From: an uncultured Acidobacteriota bacterium
GTDB taxonomy: Bacteria > Acidobacteriota > Terriglobia > Terriglobales > Acidobacteriaceae
NCBI GenBank assembly: GCA_903873705.1
Contig: CAIQPK010000081.1
Location: 24,989 to 88,988, forward strand
Reading direction: 5' to 3'
DNA: 64,000 bases
Each line of letters opens with the position of its first letter. The stretch's first letter is position 1. Positions 18,537 to 27,100 of the stretch are shown one piece after another. The position numbers and the translations under genes are program-made. A model generated the notes under the pieces. The model made no database searches and was not told the origin of the DNA. It saw only the letters and a list, made by a program, of their open reading frames with translations.

Positions 18537-19846
18537 GCGGCGGGTGTCTTTCTGGTGCGGGAGGCGTCGGTGTGCGGGCGGGGAGCACGGCGGTCGAGTG
18601 CGGCCAGCTGACGTTTCCAGCGGGCGGCTTCGCGAACGTAGCGCAGGCCTTCGACGACGTGGAAGCGGAGGCGAAACAGGATGTAACGGAGTTGGAGGAG
18701 CTCGGCGCGCAGTCGGCGTGTGGGGCCGCCGCTGGGGTCAACGTGCACAATGCGCGGAACACGGCGCAGGGGAAGCAGGCTGGCGCGCTTTTCTTTCTGC
18801 CAGGTGCGGTCGTTGGGGTGGAGTTCGTCGCGGAGCAGAAGGTAGCGCTTGGTGGCGGAGTGGCCCTGGAGGAAGTTGTTAGCGCCGTGGGTTTCGGCCC
18901 ACAGGCGAATGCCGATGGGGAGGCGGTCGAGCGTCCAGGTGTTGAGGTACGCGGGCGCTTCACCGCCGAAGAGCCGGGTGGCGAGCAGCGTGGCGACGCC
19001 GATGGCGATGGGGGTCGTGCGGTCATCGCGAGAGCGATCGCGGACGTCATTCCAGAAGCGCTGGCTGGTGGCGTGGGCGTCGAGGTTGCGCTTGTACTCG
19101 AGCAGCCACGAGAGGCGGGTGGAAGGGCTGCAGAGATGAGCGAAGAGATGCTTTACCTGGGCAAGGAACTGATCGGCATCGGAGAGTACGGGGAAGTCGC
19201 CGCCTTCCCAGGCGCGGGTGTTGAGGCGGTCGAGGCGTGGGTCGCGGGCGGGTTGTTGCGTGGCGGCATCCGAAGTGAAGTGCAGCTCGACGGAGCGCTG
19301 CGGACGCGGCTTGTAGTGGTCTTCGATGCGGACGAGGTCATAGACGCCGGTCTTGAACTCACGCACGGTGCGCGTGGAGCCGGTGAGGACGTAACCCGCA
19401 TCGACGAGAAGCGCGCTGCACAGGTCGACGTGCTTTCCATCTACGAGAAAGTCGAGGTCGAGCTGGCAGCGCAGCTCCGGAGACGGGGAGGAGTCCGGAG
19501 TAAGCGTGAAACCCTTGAGGTTGCAGAAGTCGATTCCGGCTTGCTGGAACGCCTGGTTGAGGCTGACGAAGTCGGCGAAGAGAGCGGCGGTGCGGGCGCG
19601 GTTGTCCGAGCGATTCTGGCGAAGGCGGGTCAGGACTTCGATGGGGAGCACGCCTTCGATGCCGGCAGACTCAACCTGGGCGAGGAAGTAGAGGGCCATG
19701 CCGCTGGCGTCGAGCCAGTTGCAGGAACGGGCCCATTGGCGGAGCTCGACCATGGCGATAGATTGGCGTGCGCGGAGTTCGGGCTCCGAGAAGACGGAAA
19801 GAACCGCTTCTACGACCTCCCTGTCTCCTGTGGCACTCCACTTCAT
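18533..19846 (-). CDS. uncharacterised nucleotidyltransferase family protein (NTP_transf_5-like)
   Basis: 437 aa. The core GIDFCNLKGFTLTPDSSPSPELRCQLDLDFLVDGKHVDLCSALLVDAGYVL fits the LKG...R...D.D.LV...a...L...GY pattern of that family. Confidence 0.7.
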   Translation of the reverse strand: MKWSATGDREVVEAVLSVFSEPELRARQSIAMVELRQWARSCNWLDASGMALYFLAQVESAGIEGVLPIEVLTRLRQNRSDNRARTAALFADFVSLNQAFQQAGIDFCNLKGFTLTPDSSPSPELRCQLDLDFLVDGKHVDLCSALLVDAGYVLTGSTRTVREFKTGVYDLVRIEDHYKPRPQRSVELHFTSDAATQQPARDPRLDRLNTRAWEGGDFPVLSDADQFLAQVKHLFAHLCSPSTRLSWLLEYKRNLDAHATSQRFWNDVRDRSRDDRTTPIAIGVATLLATRLFGGEAPAYLNTWTLDRLPIGIRLWAETHGANNFLQGHSATKRYLLLRDELHPNDRTWQKEKRASLLPLRRVPRIVHVDPSGGPTRRLRAELLQLRYILFRLRFHVVEGLRYVREAARWKRQLAALDRRAPRPHTDASRTRKTPAA

Positions 19847-19873
19847 GATGACGATCTCCTTGCGGGGTGGCCC

Positions 19874-20344
19874 CTAATGGGAATAGATGGCCGGTTCGCC
19901 CAGGCTTCCCGCGGGGGGAAGGTGGCGAAGGTAAAGCACGATGGACCAGCGCTCGTCATCGCTGAGGATGGTTTTCGAGGCGGGCATGCCGGAGGGCGAA
20001 ATACCGTTGTCGAGGATCCACTTGAGCTGGCCGTCGGTGTAACGCTGGACGTCCGCCGAGGCCAGCGACGGCAGCGGCGGCGAAAGGGTCTCGGCGAAGG
20101 GGACGCCGGTGTTCTGGCCGTCGAGCCCGTGGCAGGCAGTGCAGTAATGGCCGAAGGCTTCTTTTCCGGCGGCGAGATTTTGAGCATTCATCGCCATCGG
20201 GTTCCTTTGCGACTTGTTTCGCACCGTGATGTGGTGCTTGGTGAAGACGACGACATGGGTTTCAAACTTTGATGGCGGGCTTACTCTGCAACCGCCCAGC
20301 AGCACGGCGGCCAACAGCAGGGCGAAGCGGATAGGGGCCCGCAT
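19874..20344 (-). CDS. c-type cytochrome (monoheme, lipoprotein signal)
   Basis: Track ORF trimmed to ATG 20344 (MRAPIRFALLLAAVLLGGC lipobox). Single CXXCH (YCTACHG) and a distal SGMP Met. Confidence 0.75.
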   Translation of the reverse strand: MRAPIRFALLLAAVLLGGCRVSPPSKFETHVVVFTKHHITVRNKSQRNPMAMNAQNLAAGKEAFGHYCTACHGLDGQNTGVPFAETLSPPLPSLASADVQRYTDGQLKWILDNGISPSGMPASKTILSDDERWSIVLYLRHLPPAGSLGEPAIYSH

Positions 20345-20346
20345 GG

Positions 20347-20712
20347 CTACTCCGTTACGTGCATAACCAGCTGCATACCGCCGTGGCCCGAACCGCAGAA
20401 GCTGGAGCACTGGCCGACGAAGTCGCCGGCCTGGGTGGCGGTGAAGGTGACTTCCTTGGTTTCGCCCTTGGCTCCGTAAAGGGTGACGGCGGGTTCCGTG
20501 AACTTGATGCCGTGGGAGAAGTCCTGGCTGGTAAGGGAAATGGTGACGGGCACCCCCTTTTTCACGGTGATCTCTGCCGGCGAGAACTCGTAGCGGCGGG
20601 CGGTGATGGCGATCTTCTGGGGCGCGTCTTCGCGGGCCATGTGGCGGGCCGCGGCGTAGTTGACGGCGGTGAGGGCGAGGATGGCCATGGTGGCTACGGC
20701 TCTGGTTTTCAT
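20347..20712 (-). CDS. stand-alone secreted CuA-type cupredoxin (cytochrome oxidase subunit II-like domain)
   Basis: 121 aa with a signal peptide. ISLTSQDFSHGIKF ... GQCSSFCGSGHGGMQLVMHV gives His-x34-Cys-x3-Cys-x3-His-x2-Met, counted by hand. That is the spacing of the binuclear CuA site of COX2. Confidence 0.8.
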   Translation of the reverse strand: MKTRAVATMAILALTAVNYAAARHMAREDAPQKIAITARRYEFSPAEITVKKGVPVTISLTSQDFSHGIKFTEPAVTLYGAKGETKEVTFTATQAGDFVGQCSSFCGSGHGGMQLVMHVTE

Positions 20713-20785
20713 CGGGGTGACTATCTCCTGAAATGCAGTGCGGCGGTGCGGCGTTGGCTACCGGGGAGGGTAGGGGGCGTCGCCC

Positions 20786-21094
20786 CTAAGGGCGAAGGAA
20801 GTGGAGGATGTCGCGCTCGTCCTGGGCATTGAGCGTGGCGCGGACGCGCATGTGGCGCACGACCGTGCCGACGATGCGCGGGGAGAGCGACTCCGGTGCG
20901 TTGTGGCAACGGTTGCAGTTCTGCTGGAACTTGAGTTCGCCGGGGTCCTGCTTGGCGACCGTGCGCGGGCGGACTGGAGCGGGCGGTTTGGCCGCCTGTG
21001 CTGCCGCGTGGCCTGCTAAGAGGGCTGCGGTACTGAAAAGCACAGCGCCGAGGAGGAAATAATGCTGCGGAAAGCTGGGGAAATGAAGTCGCAT
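20786..21094 (-). CDS. small secreted c-type cytochrome
   Basis: 102 aa with a hydrophobic signal (HYFLLGAVLFSTAALLAGHAAAQA) and a single CNRCH motif. Confidence 0.6.
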   Translation of the reverse strand: MRLHFPSFPQHYFLLGAVLFSTAALLAGHAAAQAAKPPAPVRPRTVAKQDPGELKFQQNCNRCHNAPESLSPRIVGTVVRHMRVRATLNAQDERDILHFLRP

Positions 21095-21188
21095 AGAGGC
21101 TAGATCGTCCTGTGCCCCAAGCTAACAATGCGCACTTGACGAGGTGTCAGTGCGCTGTCATCGGTTTGTAAGTCACATCGCGAAGGGC

Positions 21189-21791
21189 CTATTGGCGCGG
21201 CGTTGCGATGGCGTCCAATTCGGCGCTGAGGTTGTCCTGGGCGTCGGCCAGGGCCTCGCGGCTGCGCTCCAGGCGGCTGATCATCAACGCTCCTTCCAGC
21301 GTGGCGATGATGCGATTGGCGAGGCGGCGAGGGTTGACGGACCGAGCAATTTCTTTGGCGGCGATGCCGTCGCGGACGATCGCGACGATGCGCCCCTGCC
21401 ACTCGCGGAGGGCCTCGTGCGCGAGGGCGCGGAGGGCCGGGTTGCCGTCGTCGGCTTCGATGGCCATGTTCATCAGCGGACAGCCGCCGGGGACGGGGCC
21501 GCGCATCGTGACGAAGCGCTCGATCATGTGGCGGAGCCTGGGGAGGGCGCCGGGGATGGCGTCGAGGTCGCGGGTGCGGCCGGCCATGGCTTCGGTCCAG
21601 GCGTAGCGGAAGGCTTCGCCGGCGAGCTGCTCCTTGCTGGAAAAGTGGCGGTATAGGCCGCCTTTTTTGAGGCCGGTGGCGTCCATGACGTCCTGCATGG
21701 AGGTGCCTTCGTAGCCGCGCTGGTTGAAGACGGCGGCGGCCTGCTCGACGATGCGGCTGCGGGTGCGCTGTCCCTTGGTTTCGGGCGGCAT
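21189..21791 (-). CDS. TetR/AcrR-family transcriptional regulator
   Basis: 200 aa. N-terminal HTH TRSRIVEQAAAVFNQRGYEGTSMQDVMDATGLKKGGLYRHFSSKEQL. Divergent from the DHA2 pump gene. Confidence 0.9.
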   Translation of the reverse strand: MPPETKGQRTRSRIVEQAAAVFNQRGYEGTSMQDVMDATGLKKGGLYRHFSSKEQLAGEAFRYAWTEAMAGRTRDLDAIPGALPRLRHMIERFVTMRGPVPGGCPLMNMAIEADDGNPALRALAHEALREWQGRIVAIVRDGIAAKEIARSVNPRRLANRIIATLEGALMISRLERSREALADAQDNLSAELDAIATPRQ

Positions 21792-21872
21792 GGTGAGCCT
21801 CCTTTCGCGAACGAAGAAAGTATTTCAGAAAAAGACGAATCGGTCTCTTCCTGACAGGAATCTGATGCTGAA

Positions 21873-21890
21873 AGAAACCGTTTGGTCTCT
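21873..21890. promoter_or_regulatory. candidate TetR operator palindrome AGAAACC-GTTT-GGTCTCT
   Basis: 6/7 inverted half-sites in the tetR / MFS divergent intergenic region. The GGTCTCT half-site recurs at 21842-21848. Confidence 0.25.
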
Positions 21891-21920
21891 TTTATTCAGA
21901 ATGGCGGGGGCGATTGCGGT

Positions 21921-23561
21921 ATGGCGACGTTGGCTGTTTCAAAACCGATGGCGGAGCGGCCGCCGGCGCAGGTACTGCGGATGCCGCGGCCACCGGTACC
22001 GGCGATCAATCCGTGGGTGGTGGCGCTGACGGTGACGCTGGCGACGTTTATGGAGTTGCTGGATACGTCGATTGCGAATGTGTCGTTGCCGTATATTGCG
22101 GGCGGGCTGGGGCGATCGTTTGACGAGGTGACGTGGATATTGACGACGTACCTGGTGGCGAATGCGGTGGTGTTGCCGATGAGCGCGTGGCTGTCGCGGG
22201 TGTTTGGGCGGCAGAACTATTACATGACATGCGTGGCGCTGTTCACGGTGACGTCGTTCTTCTGCGGCGTGGCGCCGACGCTGGGCGTGATGCTGATTGC
22301 CCGGGTGCTGCAGGGTGTGGGCGGCGGCGGCCTGGCACCGGTGGAGCAGGCAATCCTGATCGACACGTTTCCACCGGCGAAGCGGGCGTCGGCGTTTGCA
22401 CTTTATACTGTGGCGATTGTGACGGCTCCGGCGATCGGGCCGGTGCTGGGCGGGTGGATTACGGACAACTACAACTGGCGGTGGGTGTTTCTGATCAACA
22501 TTCCGATTGGCCTGCTGTCCCTGTACCTGACCAACATGTTTGTGCACGATCCTCCGTCGTTCCAGAAGGAGCGCGAGAGTGTGCGTGTGAATGGAAAGCT
22601 GCGGGTGGATGGGATTGGTATTGCGCTGGTGGGGATCGGGTCGGCGGCGCTGGAGATGCTGCTGGATCGCGGGCAGATTGACGATTGGTTCGGGTCTGCG
22701 TTCATCTGCTGGATGGCAGCGATTGGGGTGGTCTGCCTGGGTGTGGCAGTGTGGTGGGAGTTGCACCATCCTGATCCGGTGATTGATCTGCGGTTGCTGA
22801 AAGTGCGGAATTTCGCGATTGCGAACGTGTTCTATTTTGTCTTCGGTTTTGGACTGTTTGCGACGACAACGATGATTCCGCAGATGCTGCAGTCGCTGTA
22901 TGGGTATCGCGCTATTGACGCGGGGCTGGTGCTGGGGCCGGGGGCGTTTGTGATCACGGTGCTGGCTCCGGTGGGCGCGATACTGGTGCAGCGTGGGGTG
23001 GTAAAGCCACGGATACTGTTGTTTGGTGCGGTTACGGTGGTGGGCATCGCCATGATTCACTACAGCCGGATGACGCTGGCGACCGACTATGGCCACTATG
23101 CGCGGGCGCTGCAGGGGCTGGGGTATGCGTTCTTCTTTGTGCCGCTCTCGGTGATTGCGTACTCGCAGCTGAAGCCGGAGCAGAACAACCGGGCGTCGTC
23201 GCTGACGAACTTCTTTCGCAACTGGGGAGGGAGTTTTGGGATCGCGTTCATCACGACGATGAGCGAGCGGCGGCAGAACTATCACCAGTCGGTGATGGGG
23301 GCGAACCTGAGTCCGTCGTCCGCGCCGCTGCAGTCGGCGGTGAAACAGATGGCGCTTTATCTGCAGACGAAGGGGTTATCGCAAGCGGATGCCGTCCATG
23401 CGGCATATGGGCATTACTTAGCGCAGATGGAGGTGCAGACGCGGTTCCTGGCGTTCATGGATTGCTTCTATGTGATCGGGATCGTGACTTTTCTGGCTGC
23501 GCCGCTGGTGTTCCTGACGAAGAATGTTGGACCGGCGAAAGGATCAACGGGGGCGCACTAG
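21921..23561 (+). CDS. DHA2-family (EmrB/QacA-type, 14-TM) MFS efflux transporter
   Basis: Track ORF 21882 trimmed to ATG 21921. LDTSIANVSLPYIAGGL and the multi-TM layout fit the family. 546 aa. Confidence 0.9.
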   Translation: MATLAVSKPMAERPPAQVLRMPRPPVPAINPWVVALTVTLATFMELLDTSIANVSLPYIAGGLGRSFDEVTWILTTYLVANAVVLPMSAWLSRVFGRQNYYMTCVALFTVTSFFCGVAPTLGVMLIARVLQGVGGGGLAPVEQAILIDTFPPAKRASAFALYTVAIVTAPAIGPVLGGWITDNYNWRWVFLINIPIGLLSLYLTNMFVHDPPSFQKERESVRVNGKLRVDGIGIALVGIGSAALEMLLDRGQIDDWFGSAFICWMAAIGVVCLGVAVWWELHHPDPVIDLRLLKVRNFAIANVFYFVFGFGLFATTTMIPQMLQSLYGYRAIDAGLVLGPGAFVITVLAPVGAILVQRGVVKPRILLFGAVTVVGIAMIHYSRMTLATDYGHYARALQGLGYAFFFVPLSVIAYSQLKPEQNNRASSLTNFFRNWGGSFGIAFITTMSERRQNYHQSVMGANLSPSSAPLQSAVKQMALYLQTKGLSQADAVHAAYGHYLAQMEVQTRFLAFMDCFYVIGIVTFLAAPLVFLTKNVGPAKGSTGAH

Positions 23562-23562
23562 G

Positions 23563-24144
23563 TTAGTGCCGCGGGTAGCGGTGGAGGCCGTTGACGCGGA
23601 AGCTGATGCCCATACTGATGCCGTAGGGATTCAGGGCACCGTAGGTGAACTGGGGCCAGTCCTGGTACTCGAAGTCGATGGCGCGGATGGCGATGCGGTC
23701 GGATACCTGGAGGTCAAAGCCGGCGCCCGGGGCAATGACGAGGTAGGTGCCGGTGCCGTAGCCGAAGGGGAAGTCCAGGCGGCCGACTCTGGCGAGGACC
23801 TTGACGTAGGGGCGGAAGTTTTCCGGCCGGAGGTAGACGTGGGCGCCGCCGAGGTAGGTGGTTTCGTGTACGCCCTGGTTGGTGTGATAGCGCAGGTAGC
23901 GGGCTTCGCCTTCGAGGCCGAAGCGCCACTGGGGGTGAACGTCTACGTAGGCGAAGCCGCCGCCGAGTTTGTCTTTGCCGTAGTCGGATTGCACGGCAGA
24001 GAAGCCGCCGCCGACGGTGATGTTGCTGCCGGGGCCGGAGGCGGCTGGGTGGGCCTGCGCACAGGCTGCAGCTCCCAACGCAAGGAGCAGGAGACCGGTA
24101 AGGAGGCAGAAGCGGCGCATGAGCTGGGGCATTGTATGGCTCAC
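23563..24144 (-). CDS. small outer-membrane beta-barrel protein (OmpA-beta-barrel/OmpW-like porin family)
   Basis: 193 aa. Signal LLTGLLLLALGAAACAQA, then alternating Gly/aromatic strands. The GTG start at 24144 overlaps the stop of the giant gene as GTGA; an alternative ATG lies at 24132. Confidence 0.7.
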   Translation of the reverse strand: MSHTMPQLMRRFCLLTGLLLLALGAAACAQAHPAASGPGSNITVGGGFSAVQSDYGKDKLGGGFAYVDVHPQWRFGLEGEARYLRYHTNQGVHETTYLGGAHVYLRPENFRPYVKVLARVGRLDFPFGYGTGTYLVIAPGAGFDLQVSDRIAIRAIDFEYQDWPQFTYGALNPYGISMGISFRVNGLHRYPRH

Positions 24145-27100
24145 TGCGTCACCGTGAGGGTCATGTCCTGGGTCTGGCTGACGCCGGTACCAGCGCCGGT
24201 GACGGCGACCTTGAAGGTGTAGGTTCCGGCCGGAGTTCCGTTGATCTGCAGACCGTTACATCCGGTTGCGGAGAGCAGCGCGCCGAGGCCGAGGAAGAGG
24301 GCGATGAGGCTGAGCATGGGGAGTCGGCGCTTGCGGCGGAAGAGCAGGAAGCCGGCCAGCAGGCTGCCGGGGATGAAGGCGAGGAGGACGCCGTTGGAGC
24401 TGGCGTGAGCGTTGCTGACGATGGCGCCGCCGGAGCCAAGCGGGTTGCCGGTGTCGATAGTGAGCTGCACGGTGTGGGTGCCGTTGGCTTCGAGCTTCAT
24501 CTGCGCGCTGGAGAAGGTGCAGGTGGCGGCGAAGGGAAGGCCGAGGCAGCCGAAGTCCATGGTGTCGGTGTAGTCCTTCACCGAGGTGATGGTGATGTTG
24601 ACGACGCCGTGCTGCTTGCTCTGCAGGGTCATAGTGGGCGGAGCGATCTGCATGGTGAACTGTGTGGCCGGTCCGCCGGTGATGGCGGTGGCGATGGAAG
24701 AGGAGGCGGCGTAGCTGGCGTCGCCACTGTAATTGGCGACGACGGTTTCCGTGGTGGAGCTGACGACGATGGTCATCGTGGCTACTCCGGTGGCGTCGAT
24801 GGTGGCGGTGCCGAGGGTGAGGCCGGCGGAGGTGAAGGTGATGGTGCCGGTGGGAACGGCCGGGCCGCTCCAGCGGACGACTGAGATGAGCGTGACCTGC
24901 TGGGTGTTGGTGGTGCTGGTGGTGACGGCGGTTAGCGCGGTCTGGGTGGAGCGCAATGTGACGCCCTGCGTGAGGGCGGCGGAGACGCCAGAGAAGTTTT
25001 GCGCGTCGCCGGTGTAGGTGGCGGTGACGGGATGGTTGCCGGCAGCGAACTGCGGGACGGTGATGGAGGCGTGGCCCTGGGCGTCGAGTGCCACAGTGCC
25101 GAGCAATGTGGTGCCGTCCATGAAGGTGACGTTGCCGGTAGCGGTGCCAACGCCGCTGTTGTTGACCATCGCTGTCAGCGTAACGGAGGCGAGGGTGAGT
25201 GCGGGATTGGCGCTGGAGGACAGGGCGGTGGAGGTGACCTGCTTGACGGAGAGCGCGTAGGGGGTGGAGATGGAGGCCGCGGTGTTGCTGTCGCCGGCGT
25301 AGTTGGCGATGATGCTGTGCGAGCCGGGGGTGAGCGTGGAAAGCGTGAGCGTGGCGACGCCGCTGCCGTTGAGCAGCGTGGTGCCGATGGCCGTACCGCC
25401 GTCAGTGAAGGTGACCGAGCCGGTGGCGAGCGAGCCACTGGTGGTGATGGTCGCGGTGAGTGTGAGCGGCGTGGCGTAGATGGCCGGGTTGGCGCTGGTG
25501 CTGATGGCGATCTGGGTGCTGGCGCTTTGCACAGTTTCGATGAGTGGCGTTGAGGTGGAGGCGGAGAAGCTGGGGTCACCGGCGTAACTCGCGGTGATGG
25601 AGTGCGTGCCGACGAAGAGTGCGCTGGTGGAGAAGGTGGTGGTGGCGGTGGCGTCGAGCGTACCGGTGCCGAGGACGGTGGAGCCATCGAGGAAGGTGAC
25701 GGTCCCCGTAGGTGTAAGGCCGGCGGCTCCGGTGAGCTTCGCGGTGAAGACGACGGGAGCTCCCGCTGTGGCGGGGTTCACACTGCTGCCAATTGCGACC
25801 GTGGCAGGTTGAACGATGCGTTGGGCTAGCACGAGAGATGTGGCGCTAACGTGGTTTGCGTCACCGGCGTACGACGCGGAGAGGTTGTGGGTACCGAAGA
25901 CCAGCGTGCTGAGGGTGAAGGTGGCAACGCCTGACGCGTTGACGGGCGTGGACGTCAGGGAAGTAAGGCCGTCGCTGAGGGTGATGGTGCCGGTGATGTT
26001 AGGGCTGGCGCTGGTGACCGTGGCGGTGAAGGTGACGCTCTGGCCGACGATCTGGGGGTTGGCACTGGTTTGCAGTGTGATGGCGGCGGCGGCCTGATGC
26101 ACGACCACGGTGATGCTGTTGGACGCGGTCGTCGCGTAGTTGCTGTCTCCGCCATAAGAAGCGATCAGCGTGTGGGTTCCAAGCGAGAGGCTGGCCGTGG
26201 TGAAGGTGTACGTGCCGTTGGCGGTAGCTGCCTGCGCGCTGAGAGTGTTGTTACCGTCGCGCAGGGTGATGGCGCCGGTGGGGGCGGGGCCGGTGACGTT
26301 GAGTAGAACGGAGAAGGTGGAGGCTGTTGCGACGTCCACGCTGGCCGGGCCGGAGAGGGTGAGGCCGAGCGCGGCGACGCTGATGGTTTCGATCAGTGCG
26401 GAAGACGTGCTGGTGAGGTAGTTGCTGTCGCCCGCATAGACGGCCATGATGCCGTCGGTGCCGACGGGCAGGCTGTTGACGGAGAGGGTAGCGATGCCGG
26501 AAGCGTTCACGGGCGCGCTGCCCAGAAGGGTTGAACCGCTGCTGAAGGTGACCTGGCCGGTGATGACGCCGTTTGCGGTAGCACCGGCGGCGACGCCAAC
26601 CTTCGCGGTGAGCTGAATTGCCGCGCCGGCGTTCGCTGAAGCGGCGTTGGAGGTCAGCGTGGTGGTGGTGGGGATCTGCTGGATGACTTCGATGAGCGGA
26701 ACGGAGTTGCTGACCGAGTCATTGGCATCGCCGAGGTAAGCCGCAACGATGTTGTGGCTTCCGGGCGCGACGGACGAGAGTGTGAGGGTTGCGATGCCGG
26801 AGGCGCTGATGGTGCCGGTGCCGAGGACGGTGTTGCCTTCCTTGAACTGCACGTTACCGGTGGGGGTGGGGCCGTTGGTGCTGATGACGGTGGCGGTGAA
26901 GGTAACGGCGGTTCCGAACTTTACGTTGCTGGCTGATGAGGCGAGCGTGGTGAGGGTGGTGCCTTCGGTGATGGTTTCGGTGACGACGTTGGACGTACTC
27001 GCAGCGTTGTTGCCGCTGGCAGCGGTCTGCGCGGTGAGCGAGTGGACGCCGGGGCTGAGCTGCGTCGTAGAGATGCTGACAGCGCCCGCTACGAGCGTGC

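Noticed and set aside
8741-19846. Lasso-peptide / RiPP cluster, suggested by HprK-like kinase plus NTP_transf_5.
   Set aside because: No asparagine-synthetase-like lasso cyclase, no transglutaminase-like leader peptidase, no PqqD/RRE protein and no plausible precursor micro-ORF are present in the short spacers. The surrounding genes are all polysaccharide export or assembly.
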